64,000 bases of DNA. It comes from Azolla caroliniana (lineage: Eukaryota > Plantae > Polypodiophyta). The DNA is taken from contig JBHGNT010000004.1 of assembly GCA_043228905.1 (NCBI GenBank), positions 3,224,001 through 3,288,000 of the forward strand. The letters are read 5' to 3'. The notes under the pieces are model-generated. The model did no database searches. It saw only the letters and a program-made list of their open reading frames with translations, and was not told the origin of the DNA. The position numbers were made by a program, and so were the translations under genes. The number at the start of each line of letters is the position of its first letter. Positions within the stretch are counted from its first letter, which is position 1. Below, in pieces: positions 42,041 to 55,178 of this stretch.

Positions 42041-42689
42041 ACCAATTACGATAGTTACAATTAGAAATTATTCTCATGTTAGCCAACAATTCCATCCCAT
42101 TACACAATACTCAATTGGTCAAGTGCATTGAGCAATTTATGAGTTCACATTGTCATCCAATTACATTGCTAAATAGTAACCATTCCCAAGGCTCAATTAA
42201 TTTTGGAACAATTTGTGGTAGTCCTCTCCCCATCACCACGAGGGCAATATGTCATATCCAGCTGATTGTTTACATATTTCAATTCCAATGACTCGCCTAC
42301 TCCAACTAATTACATTGCCCAAATGAGCATGCAGTTTAAGTCTTACCTCAATTACTGAAACATCAATTGTTTACCAGTCTCATTTCACTAGTAGACAAAT
42401 GCTTTTGTGTGACACATGATTGAATTGCAAAATGATTTACCGAATGTAGTCAATTGAAGGGCAAGGAGAACATAATGGTAATAGTAAGCCATTGTAAAGA
42501 TGAGAGAAAATGAGCAAGTGTGTAAGTTAAGTCCAAAAGGTTGGGATTTCTATAGCCACAAGAAATAGAACTATCACATTTGCAAATATAAATGCCTTCC
42601 CTTATTTTGTAACCATAGTAAAGTAACCCTATCTCAATAGTTAATAAACCTGGATCCTTTCTTTTGGAAGAAGAGCTTTCATGGTAAAC

Positions 42690-43170
42690 GGTCATCTTGA
42701 CAACCTTTTCTTTGTCTATTTGCTTAATTTTCCCTTTCTATTACTTACTTTAACTTACAAAATATGTTTTACCAAAATGAAGTGCTTTGGCCAAACTTGA
42801 ATTCGAGGTAAAGAGAAGAGTTCGAGATAAACCTTTTTGACACACATCTTTTTATTCTTTTCATTTCTTTCCTGCATTCTATTATTTAGGCTATGCATGG
42901 GGACAAATTACATTGTTTTCAAAATTACAGAATTGACCTTATTTTAACTCGACCTCCCCATTCTGACATGATTACAATTTTTTTCCTTAACAATCTTGAA
43001 CCTCACATGATCTTTCCGGAGGATGTATTTTTCGGCTTCCGATGTCCAATTCACGAACCTTAAAAAACCTATACACTCCTTGTCTTAAGCACAGGCTGCT
43101 GGAACAATATCATTTTTAGCTTTTGCATATCGTTTTTTGTTATCGTGAAGCCTCAACTTCATGACACCCA
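42690..43170. repeat. Local duplication with a second, interrupted copy at ~44880-45900
   Basis: attacattgttt..aaaattacagaattgacctta at ~42908 and ~45656; aaatgaagtg.tttggc.aaact at 42775 and 44961. Confidence 0.75.
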
Positions 43171-45017
43171 CCCCCTCTTGGACTTGCACACCTTGTGGGC
43201 GAGTAACTAATTGCAACTACAATCAAATGTTATCACAGAGTTTCATTACATAGCATGCACCTTGCCAACTCTTACTTGTAACTACGATCAAATATTTATG
43301 CCATAAGTAATGTACATCCTTGTATGTCTTATTTCAATTGAAGTTGAACATTTATTGCATAGAGTAAAAGGTTGGGGAATTACCTTGTGAATATCATACC
43401 AAGGATGGCGCGCACTTGCTATCTCTTATTACATTGTATACCTTGCTATCTCTTATTTGACTAAGATTGACAATTTATTTCATGAAGTAAATGGTGAAAA
43501 ATGGTTGGGAAATTATGTTGTGCACATCATACCACGGATGGCACACTCACAATGTCAAATGAGATCCAATAGTCATTTGCTAATTTCAGAGCATAATTTA
43601 AATCTTGGAATATCTTATTTGCAACTAAAAGCAAACAATTACCACATAGTTCCATCACATAGCATGCATTTGCCATCTCTTGTTTGTAACTAAGATCAAA
43701 CGTTTATGACATAAGGGATGTACACATCATGCTATCTCTCACTTGAACTTAGATCGAACATCTATATCAGAATTTAGTAAATCAAAGGTATGAGAGGTTG
43801 GAAACTATATCGAAAGATGCACATTCATCTTGCCTTTGCCGAAGTTGGACTTTAGGGGTTGTTAGGTCTTAGATGAGTGAATTCTCTCATTTTGGTAGAA
43901 GATAATGTTCCTTTGTAATGCATCTTTGTGACTTTGACAATCCCTTTTCAGGTGCTCAGTGTTGCACCATATGCACTAGCAGACATATTCACTTTTTTCT
44001 ACCTTATGGGGCTTCAGCTTGACACCCGAGCTTTCACCTTTCTCAAGCTTCGTAAATCCTTCATTCCCTTTATCAACTCATCAATTGTTAACTCCAACCC
44101 CTTTCCTTTGCTAGCATGTTCCTGATTCTTGTTTTGGATATTCTCTAGCAGTTGTCTTCTTCCGATTGTCGTAATCATCTTGCGTTCTTAATGCCCTTCT
44201 TTTATGTATTCGACAATCCTCTGTCACCTTTACCTAGTCGAACACTAAATCAATCATGCTTGTTCATTCCTCCAAAAGAATAGCACGATCTTTCTGAAAA
44301 GATTTATTTGCCATTCAGACAAATAAATCCACCTTCTTTGACTGTAATAGTTCTCAGTCTTTTACTAAGAGCTCATTATATCTTTTCTCGAACTCCCTCA
44401 ACAACTTTGAGACTAAGAGTCCTTTACTCCCTTTCTTGTTCCATTCGAGAAACCTCTTCTTTGACATCCGGGTCCGGTATTCTAGCATATATTCATCGAG
44501 CAATGGTTGACTGAACCCAACCTAATATTCATGGAACATCTCATGCAGCTCCGTTACTCTCATTCGTATATCAAGTATGTAGACCTGGTTGATCTGTGAC
44601 ACCATTTATACCCAAGTTGCCCTTGCATAATAGGCCTTGAGGAACCGAGTGATATCCTCACCACTAAACTTATCTATGGTGCCAAGAGGATGAGATAGAT
44701 GCGAAGTTGTTGAGAAAAGAAAATTAATTGATTAAAAAATACTTACAAGATTGGTTTGCCAAAATTGCCTTTGGCAAGGCTCAAACTTGTGTCCTCTCTT
44801 TTGGAAGAAAAGCGAACACTTACAAGATTGGTTTGCCAAAATTTCCTTTGGGAAGACTCAAACTTGTGTCCTCCCATTTGAAAGAAAAGCTTTTGTGGTA
44901 GACCACTTCACTTATTTTCCATTTGTATTTATTACTTTAGCTATCAGAATTCACTTTATCAAATGAAGTGTTTTGGCAAAACTCAAACTCGTGACCTCTC
45001 ATTAAAGTGTTTGAGAT

Positions 45018-45380
45018 CATAGTATGAACCACATGTACCATACATGCATTCGCACATGTAGATGTAGTACCTAACATCGATTAAAATATAAGAATGATTC
45101 ACATCATAGTGTGAACCATACGTGCATTCGCATTTGTGAATGTTTCAATCATTTGCGTAAGAAAAACACCCTCAAAGAATGATAAATACCATACTTTTTG
45201 ATTAACTATTTATTATGAGGTAAATATGCCTAAAAAGGAAACAAAACAAAAAAAAAACATTCAAAAAATGGGAAGAAAACAAAAAAAAAAACACAAGAAT
45301 GTTTGAATAACATTCGCATTCGTTTTCCAAAGTAGGAAAACGAATGTTATGCTAGACGAACACGAATTTTACGTACTATG
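45018..45380. mobile_element. hAT-type MITE with 8-bp TSD carrying a captured methyltransferase gene fragment
   Basis: Termini CATAGTA...TACTATG; TSD TTTGAGAT at 45010-45017 and 45381-45388; subterminal CATTCG/CGAATG motifs; empty-site-like paralog at ~42820. Confidence 0.85.
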
Positions 45381-46159
45381 TTTGAGATAAACCACTTAGA
45401 CACACCTCTTCTTTTTGTTTTTGTTTCTTTCCTCTAATTTTTCAATTGTATTATGCAAGCAATACATCTCCTACACAAACCATCTTCTTAAGTGACCTCC
45501 ACAACGCCACACCTTCTTCACTTTTGCGAGCTCCTACTTTGTTCGCTTTCTCATGATTTCTCCCACCATGGGAGAAGGGCTTTTATGGCAGGGGCTTTGC
45601 CACACTCCTTGCGTGCATTGTGTTTTTTTTTTCTAATAGATTGAAATTATAAAAGATTACATTGTTTGAAAAATTACAGAATTGACCTTATTTTATCTCA
45701 ACCTCCCCAGTCTAACATAATTATATTTTTGTCCTTAACTATCTTAAACCTAACATGATCCTTCTAGAGGCTATATCTTGGGCTTCCAGTGTCCGATTCA
45801 TGAACAGTAAAATCTTGCATAAGAATTAGCTGGTGGGACAAGATCATATTTAGTTTTTCCACATTGTTTTGATATCGCGAAGCTAAGCACGACACCGACC
45901 TTGGCACTGACAACGAGAGAAGTAATCATCACTACACCAATTATGAATTAATGGATATTTTCTCTTTGCAAATGTGGAATATTGATAATTTCTTGCATAT
46001 TTAGAGTTCGTTGTGAGCAAGATGCGGTGATGTACGTATTGTTACTTTGAAATAGTTATGAGCTCACAAAGATTATGCAAAGTCCGAGAAACTTCATTTC
46101 AGCTTCATGATTATGTCAATTAGCTTTGCTTGTTAAGCTCTCCCATGCGAATTTGCATC

Positions 46160-46920
46160 CATTTCAATTTATTCTTGACCCCTCTATTCTTTCACTATTT
46201 CTTACTCTACCCTTGCCTCCTAATTCTCCCATCCCAAAACCTAGAACCCTATAAAACCTAAAACCTCCATCCTTTCACTATTTCTCATTCTACCCCTACC
46301 TCCTAATTCTCCCTCCCCTCATTTTTACTTTAACAAATTTCTCTCTCTACCCCTCACTCCCTTTCTCTAAACTCCACTCTACCCCTCCCTTCTTTTCTCT
46401 AAATTCCTCGCTACCCCTCCTTCCTTCACTTATGTTACTCTACCCTCTCCCCTTAGCTTTCATACCCCTCCCTTTCTCTTTTTCTAAAAAACTCACACTA
46501 TCTTTTAGCTTCTATTAATTTCCACTCTACCTTGCGCCTCTCTCATTAACCTTACCCCTCCATCTTTTAACTATTTCTCACCCTACCCCTACCTCCTAAT
46601 TCTCCCTCTCCTCACTTTTTCACTTTCAACAAAGCTTCTCACTCTATCCATACCTCCTCTTTTCTTTTTTTCTAATTCCACTCTACCCTCCCGCTTTAAT
46701 TTCGATACCCCTCCCCTCCTCTTTTTTCTTAAATCTTATTCTACCCCTGCCCTTTTTTCTATACAAAAGCACCCTAACCTTTTTTCCACTTTTTCCCACT
46801 CTACCCCTCCCCTTTCTCTAAAATTTTAATTCATACCCTCCACCCTTCTTCTTATTTCTCATCCCCCTTTTTTTTTCTAAAGTTTTACTCTACCCCTATC
46901 CCCTCATTTCTAAATTCATG
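46160..46920. repeat. Pyrimidine-rich degenerate array of (A)CTCTACCCCT motifs
   Basis: Motif recurs many times; almost no G on the + strand. Confidence 0.85.
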
Positions 46921-47037
46921 CTTTCAAGTTTCTACCTGCACTCCTTGTTATAAACTGGCAGTTTGTTAAGTCATCATTGTGGATAAATGTTGAATATATG
47001 GGCAGTGAGTATTTTTCTAGGGTACATTTGATGTTGA

Positions 47038-47079
47038 ATAGTATTATTTGATGACCGCAAGGTCATCAAATAATACTAT
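47038..47079. repeat. Perfect 19-bp inverted repeat with 4-nt loop
   Basis: atagtattatttgatgacc-gcaa-ggtcatcaaataatactat. Confidence 0.95.
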
Positions 47080-47721
47080 GTTGAATATATGGGTAGTGAG
47101 TATTTTTCTAGGGTACATTTGATGTTCTGTTGATCATTCTTTTTCAATCTCCTTTTATTTAGTGTTTATTGTAGATCATACACTGATTATTGTTATAAAC
47201 TGGCAGTTTGTTAAGTCATCATTGTGGATAAATGTTGGATATGCTTCCTGATAGCTTCGTTTTTTGTAATGTAATTTGTTACTGCATTGAACCGAATGTC
47301 GTTTTGATCAAATGTCAAACTATGATTTCACTAAATTTTGTTTGAGTTCTCGATGTTAGGATTGTGAGCCTTCTGTCTTTTCAGTGGTTATGTTCTTGAG
47401 AATGTAATGTTGCTGAAACATGCTATCCTCCATTTTTACTATGTAAAAGGAACTTCTATGATAGAAAATTGCATGTAAAGGGTACAAATGTATCTTTTAG
47501 TAAGAATGCAAAATTGTGACAACACGATTGCTAATAGCATAGGGACATTCAAAATTGTGACAACACGATTACTAATAGAAATATTGTGACAACACGATTA
47601 CTAATAGGTGCTACTACATTAATTGCATACAACTCTGAAATCCTCCCCTTATTATATTCACAGTAAAAAACCAAATGTTGTCAACAATCCAATCACAAAA
47701 GAAGTTAACCAAATAGGAAGG

Positions 47722-50450
47722 TTAATACTCTTCAAGTCCGAGAAATACGACATTGGAAATTGCTTGCCATGCAGCATCTGTGGGATGGGATTCATCCCAA
47801 TAGAATGATTCCGATGGGGATGAGCATACTGTGTATAGTGGCACACCTTGTTCATCCACTTCCCCACAAGTGGCTTCATCGATGCCCCGACAACACGATC
47901 TGTATGGTTGTTGAGTCCCATTCGATAAATACCCTATTGAAGTTGTCGAAAATGTTAGGGTTAGGCACACATTTTCATATTTACAACATTTACAAGCCTA
48001 GAACTTAAATTGAGTGAAAGTACCAAATGTAGGGGTACTATACCTTGCAACACAGCATTGAAGGCATAATTAAAGTCGAGTGTAATGAGCTCAACGTTTG
48101 GTAGGGTATTTTGAAGTGTAGCTAGGCTAGATGCTAGTAGAGAATTGTGATAAAGGGCAAGTGCATTGTATGTGGCATCACAAGAACTGTAGTTATTTTG
48201 TTTTGCTATTGATGGTAAGCACCCGGTAGGCCCAAGGTTGGAAATTGCGAAACTTTTAAACCCAACATTAAATAGAAACTCTATATCCGCTGTAAGTTGT
48301 TGCACCACTGCTTGAATGAATGCTGGAAAGCCCTATGTAAAAGAAATGACTATGTTACAATTTGTAAATTTGTAAGAAATGTGCTCATGAAATAGGTTTT
48401 ATTGAAACACAATGTCTCCACAAAAGAAGGGGACATTTATTTTGGACTAGTCATATTACATAATAGAAAAGTTAGTGACATGTAATGTAAGCATACATCC
48501 AATCATAGAAAATAATGCAATGTAATTGTTGGAGTTCATAATGATATATATATATATATATATATAAGTATACATCCAATCATAGAAAATAATGCAAGCT
48601 AATTAATGGAGTTCATAATTTATGCACAACTATTTGAAAGCTGATATTAGAGGCAATAGAAAGTGTAACATGATAAAGAAGGTTCATCAAATGAATTGAG
48701 GGAAGTGTTTGCAACAAGCTTGTAGCAACCTTGCATTGTAAGAAACAAGAGATTACTTTGGTGTCATGAAATTGTTATTGTTTTTTTTGCCTATTATTGC
48801 AAAATGTATGAACTTAAGAGTGAGTGCATGGTAAGGTAATTATAGCAAAAAACTGTTAACACATGCATCCTCAAACTTCAAGATGATGAGTGGAAACATT
48901 GGTAATGCTATCATGAGCTCCATCATTTTGCTAGCATTGGTTTAAGGCAATGCAATTATTTTCAGTCCTTGGGACATGAAAAATGATTTGTAAATCCAGA
49001 CTTACAATACTTCCATAATATTATTAGTTATATATGGTACAAAATTATTTGCCTCCTAGGATCCTTTGATCATCCTCTAAACAATCTTGTCACAACTATG
49101 TTATAACAATGATTGATGCAATGTGTGTAGGCTATAATGGCTCCTTTGTGTTTCTTGAGAATGGTTTTGTGACATCTTAATTATTAATAGGCAATGTTGG
49201 TCATATTATTTATTCACAAAAGATCGAGAGACATGAAGGAAGTACCTCGGTGGTTCCATTTGAAGCAATGTATTTTGAGTAGTCATTTCCACTGACAAGG
49301 ACGAGGGCTACTGATGCATTTATAAGCTCTTGTGATGCCAAGCCATTGTTGATGACACCTTGTAATTGATCAATTTGGGTACTCACATTTGGACAAAAAG
49401 ATGCCGTTGGAAACACACCACTTCCTCCAAATGCGAAGTTGATGCCAACATTTCCATTGTTCATGATACCCGTATGTAGCTTTGCATATGGAATAGGACT
49501 ACAGACGCCTAAATAGCTAGCTGCCAATATGCATATACGATGGATTGTTTAATGATTGATCAATAGAGATATATGGATTACCTCATCTTGAGGTTTCCCT
49601 CCACTAATTTAAAGACATGGAAGGAATGCTTGGTTTAGACAATGACATTCTATTAGAGGTTGCACCTCATTCATTTAGGGTATGACTTTATAATCTACCA
49701 AATATGTTCAATAATAAAATGGCAACCACTAATATTTTATAAAAGAGATGGAAGGATGTATTGGTTTAGACAATGACATTCTATTAGTGGTTGCACCTCA
49801 TTCATTTAGGGTATGACTTTATAATCTACAAAATATGTTCAATAATAAAATGGCAACCACTAATATGTTCATAGTGGTATGCGGGTCATATTTCACTTCA
49901 AATGATAACTATAAAGTCTCTCTATCAATGGACATATTGGAGCATGCCATTTTGTCTGTCAAACAAGAAAACATCAATTATGTCATACTAACATAAAATA
50001 TATTGAGTGAAGGTTCTTCTAACAAACTTAGTCTAGCGCAAGTCTACCAACACTAGGCCTTGGGGTTCAAAGCTCACCTATAGGCTATAACACATCTCTT
50101 TTGCACGTTATATTTTCCCTTGATTTACTAAATGCTATTGTGGAATGTAGGGGGTTGAAGTCACTCACACACCCTTTCTCAAACACATTTCCATTTACAT
50201 GCACGACTATTTAGGCATTAAAAGAGAGAATGCGAGAGATACCGTAGAAATCCGTGAAGAGTCGACCATTGGAGTATCGGCCAGTGGGGAATCCAGGCCA
50301 AGTGATGCCATAAGGTTGCCGCCATGGCTTGTACTCGGCTGGGGTTGTGTCGGAATCGTTATGATGGTTCCCCGTGTCTCCATAGGAGTCACCAAAAACA
50401 AACAAGGCTTCTTTTGATGCCAATGTCACACTTATACCTGCCATCATCAT
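47722..50450 (-). CDS. GDSL esterase/lipase, copy B, 4 exons
   Basis: Exons 50450-50243, 49520-49246, 48332-48044, 47933-47722; same motifs as copy A and a near-identical protein. Confidence 0.92.
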
Positions 50451-53419
50451 TATACCAATTATGATAGTTACAATTAGAAATTATTCTCATGTTAAGCAAC
50501 AATTCCATCCCATTACACAATGCCGAATTGGTCAAGTGCATTGTGCAATTTATGAGTTCATATTGTCATGCAATTACATTGTGTAAATTTAAGTCTTACC
50601 TGAATTACTGAAAGATCAATTATTTTACTAGTCTCATTTCATTATTAGACATGAATGCTTTTGTATATGACACACACATTGATTGAATTGCAAAATGATG
50701 CCAAGGTTATGAATTATCTATGATAAAGTGATTTACATAATGTAGTCAATTGAAGAGCAAGGAAAACATAATGGTAAAAGAAAGCCATTGCAAAGATGAG
50801 AGAAAATGAGCAAGTGTAAGTTAAGACCAAAAGGTTGGGATTTATATAGCCACAAGAAATCAAACTATCGCGTTTGCAAATATAAAAGCCTTCCATTATT
50901 TTGTAACCATAGTAAAGTAACCTTACCTCAATAGTTAATAATGGGGTATGCCATTTTCAAAATCGTGGCTGGCATGACCGCTGGCCTTCAACTGATAATA
51001 GGATAAGGAATCATCATTACAACAATTATGGATTAATGGATTTTTTTTTCAAATGTGGAATGTTCATAGTTTCTTGCTTAGTTAGAGATCGTGGTGAGCA
51101 AAATGCGGCGACGTACATAGTGTTACTTTGAAATAGTTATGAGCTCATAAAGATTATGCAAAGTCCGAAAAACTTCATTTCAGCTTCATGATTATGTCAA
51201 TTAGTTTTATGTTATGTTTTCCTAAGGGAAAATTCAGGATGTTTGATTAACAATCTAGCATTGTGTTTACGTTCGTGAGAATCTATATGTTGTTGTGGTT
51301 AAGATCGATCTTCAAGACACTTTTGTTCTAATGGAGATTTGTTATTGAAAGTAGAGATATTGTGGTTGGCCGGTATATATGCTTCTACTAGTGCTCCTTA
51401 GGAGAGTTGGGGGGCGGGGGCAGGGGGGAGTTTGGGCTAGTGTCTAGTAGTGGTGGTTTCGTAGACTTGTTACAATGGGGAACTTTCATAGGTTTTTCCG
51501 ATAGTTCCCACTCCACATAATGTCATGGATGTTCCTTGAGCAATTTACACTAGAAACTTTAAAGCTTGACATTATGGAGATCGTTAATAAATTAAGATTT
51601 CCATGGGTATACTTCTGAAAGTCGGCATAACATCGATGGAAATTGGAATATAAGATGTATATCATGCATTCAAATGTTTGCGCAATATTTGATATCAAAT
51701 AGCTATAACTTATCAAACCCCTTCCCTTTTTAATTTAAGCTTGACCTTCATTTGCATAGATAGATGCCCTCTCTTGCCCTCCACCCCCCTAAATAAACTA
51801 AAAACATTGAAATGAAGAGGACAAATAGAATCACACACACACACACACACACAGAGTTTAAGAGATGACATGTGATTTGATGTTCATGTGTTCACAATCT
51901 AGTATAATGAGGGCACCGAGAATAATGAATTGCAATAGTATATTACACTCACATAAACCCTACATTTTGGGGTGGCTACTAACAAATGACATGTGAAACC
52001 AACATCTTGTCATCCCATGCCTTTTAGGCTTTTAACATGAGAAATGGTAATCACTTGTTGTACTGACATTCATGATCTCTAGATTGTCTACCGATAGAAA
52101 ATACTTTTTCCGTTTTTAGTCCAAGTTCTCATTCTCTTGTGGTTTACCATTCTCTTTCCTCTTTTCTTAAAGTATTACTTTCTTTGTTATTCCAATATAT
52201 CATCACCATTTATGTAAATCACATTTTCCGCAACCACAAGATAGATTAATCTAATGATGGGTTGTGCAAGAATTTCTCCAAGTATAGCATTAAAAATTTC
52301 CATGGATAAAATGAGTTATTACATGAAATGCTAGAGAAAGGTCTTTTGATAATGAAAGAAGATATAATACTCAAAAGAGAAAGTAAGATAAGTTATGCTT
52401 TGGGAAAATTGAGATACCACCTTGAACGTGACATCTTTGTCTCAATAAGAAATTCCTTGAAAAGAATAAGGTCTATTTCAAATATTGTTTTATTGGTAGA
52501 ATCTTCTTAAATCCCAATATTTGGCTTTGTACTGGACAAGTTTTGGCTCTATATACACCCTCATAAATTAAATTTTGAACATGATAAGGGAAGGGTAATT
52601 TGATTATCACTCATTTTATGTATTACTAGATATATTTCCCCCATCAAAGCATAGAAATATCTCCAATATGTGGTGTAGGTGGCCTAAGTGTGGAGTGGAT
52701 AGAGATAGATAGATAGATAGATTATATTATCGTCTTCGGAGGTCAAATATGACCTATGAGACCAAAAATATTTCATTTCCCGTGATATGTGTGTGTGTGT
52801 GTGTGTGTGTGAATGCAGCTATAGACGTTGGGAAAAGAGGGAGAGAGAGAGAGAAATCTTTTTAATGTCCTCAATGGATCCATTCTTAAGTGATGACGTG
52901 ACCACTTTTATGATGTCGTTTCTTCATTTGCACAATGCATGTGCCTCCTAGTACTTATCTTATAGACATGGATACCCTTTTTTGTTTCAATAGGCGAGTT
53001 TTTGTACATATGCTACACTTTATTTTTTAGTAACACACATATGATACACAATAAGTTTCTCGTGTACATAGTAAAGGCAAAGTGCCACAAGCAAACAATG
53101 AGAGAGAGATAGAGAGAAAAAGAGAGCCATAATACATTGCCTCCAAAAAAAGTATGTAAACAAAAACGAGATTATTTAACCGTCAATTAAATCTAACATA
53201 CATTCTTGATGAATAGACATGGAGCCAAATATTTTTTTCGTATGGTAATTATGAGAAAAACTTGCCACAATTATAACCTCAAAAAATGATATGGTTTTTA
53301 ACTCCACTATTTGGTTCCTTGGTTTCTTCATTTGTTTTACTAGTACGTTAATCTTAAACTAATACCACATAACAAGCTTAGTATATCCGTTTTTAAACTA
53401 GTTTTATAGTTAACCTTAT

Positions 53420-53560
53420 GCAACGTTTGTTCGCCTTTTAGTTTCTCAGAAATGTTTAATCTCCACATATGTACTTTTCAACAAGATTAAGTAAATCTTG
53501 GCAAGAGAGCTTAGCTTGGGATAAATTTCTTGCCCTTCAATAATTTGATTGGTGTCAAAC
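53420..53560 (-). pseudogene. hAT C-terminal dimerisation-domain-like remnant
   Basis: Minus-strand translation EIYPKLSSLAKIYLILLKST resembles the YP.L..LA..YL..P.S consensus. Confidence 0.5.
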
Positions 53561-53562
53561 TT

Positions 53563-54010
53563 CATCAACCTGAAAACTATGCACAATGAAATGTTCTCAA
53601 AGGTTGAAATATATTGTTCTCAAAGGTTTCTTTTGAAGCCCAACATTTGTCTTTGCATTCTAATAGTCAGGTTAGCTATGGACATTGAATGTCACTCAAA
53701 TCAAAACACTACATGCAAGGCACAATGTAAATACATTACCTTTCCTACAATCGTACTTTGAAAAATGAGCAAATATTATATGTTACAAGAATTGAATGGC
53801 ACAAAGAAAAGCAGGGAACTCTTAATGAAATCATCAAATGCAATTCAATAATTTAAGGTTTACGTATTGATATGATATTGTGTGAATGTAGCATATACAA
53901 AGCAAAGTGAACAACTTCAAATGCATTTATAATACATTGCTTCTTGTCGATTCCACAAGTCAGTTCTAATTTACTCTCAAGGATGAAGTTGCAAGCATCT
54001 TGGGAAAGTT
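53563..54010 (-). pseudogene. Partial second copy of the 5' part of the methyltransferase-like gene
   Basis: 53563-53851 is near-identical to 63703-64000; coding-like sequence appears to continue to ~54010. Confidence 0.8.
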
Positions 54011-55178
54011 TGAAACTTAAACATTGCAAATGTAGTTGAATGATCGAATATTTTATTATAGCGAAAATGACGTGTGATGGAGCACAAAAGGTCCAATAAT
54101 TTAGATAACAATGATACATATAGTTAATGCAACACAATAATCATCATGTTGCGTATACAATGAGCAAACCCACAACCCTTTCAAATAATTAATCAAATTG
54201 GGAGATGTATTGATTTACATCATATATTCATTCAAATGGTATCATCCTAATCAGTGCACTAATTAATTAATTAGAGTATTACCTTCCTAATTTGTAAATG
54301 TGTTCATATTTCATCCATGTCAAAAACAATATTGATGAGATGGAAAATTATAAACTATGTTACACATCATCAACGTATTAGACTAGTTCGTAGTTGAGGG
54401 AGACTTTTATGGACATAGTGGTTAATTCATATCAATTGAGTGTTATGTCACTTGGTTATCACACCCCTGACAATGTGAGTACATGATAAAGACAATGCCA
54501 AACAAACCATTACTTAATATCTACTTTAAGAGAATGAAATATAAGGGAGAGAATGAGCGTCAAAAGAAAATATATAAGAAACATGAAACCAAAATTGGTG
54601 TCCACACACTATCGATGTATGCAATAAAGCTCAGAGTCAAGGCATTTTCAACGTAATGCTTGATGTGCCAATGCATGATATAAGTTTCACCCAACATTCT
54701 CTTACTTGAGCATATATCAGAACACCCATAATAAATTTATACAAATGGCCCTTTTAGCTCATATGCATGGCCTTATATCTTGACATATAGCTTGGGAGTT
54801 TTGATAATGTGGTGAAAAGATATCTAACTATGAACCTAGATCATGGTTTATTTGGCGAGAAAACACAATTAGGTTATTTAGGAAAAGAGGGAATAGAGAA
54901 GAACCCAATAGAAAGCTTTGTAGCCAATAGGCACCCTTAGTATGAAAGGAACCCATCCCCTCTGTAAAAAGCTATACAAGGCACCCTTGGGTGACTTATG
55001 TAACTTGTGGAAGTGTTTTTAGAATTCAAAGTATTGAACACTACAAGAATATAAGGTATGGTGCGTTCACATCCGGAGGGCAAGATCACGAGCTAAGGTC
55101 TTGAGGATAAGTCAAACTAAAAGCAAGACACGTGGAGAAAAGTAAAAGAAGAAAAAAACGGGGTACCAAAACACAGTC

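Larger units (their letters stand above)
46945..50940. repeat. Segmental tandem duplicate of ~37070-42650 (GDSL unit)
   Basis: Exons, introns and both flanks are colinear and highly similar. Confidence 0.95.

Noticed and set aside
43860-44650. Possible LTR-retrotransposon internal fragment with PBS-like tctgtgacacca
   Set aside because: Too degenerate to assign without a search
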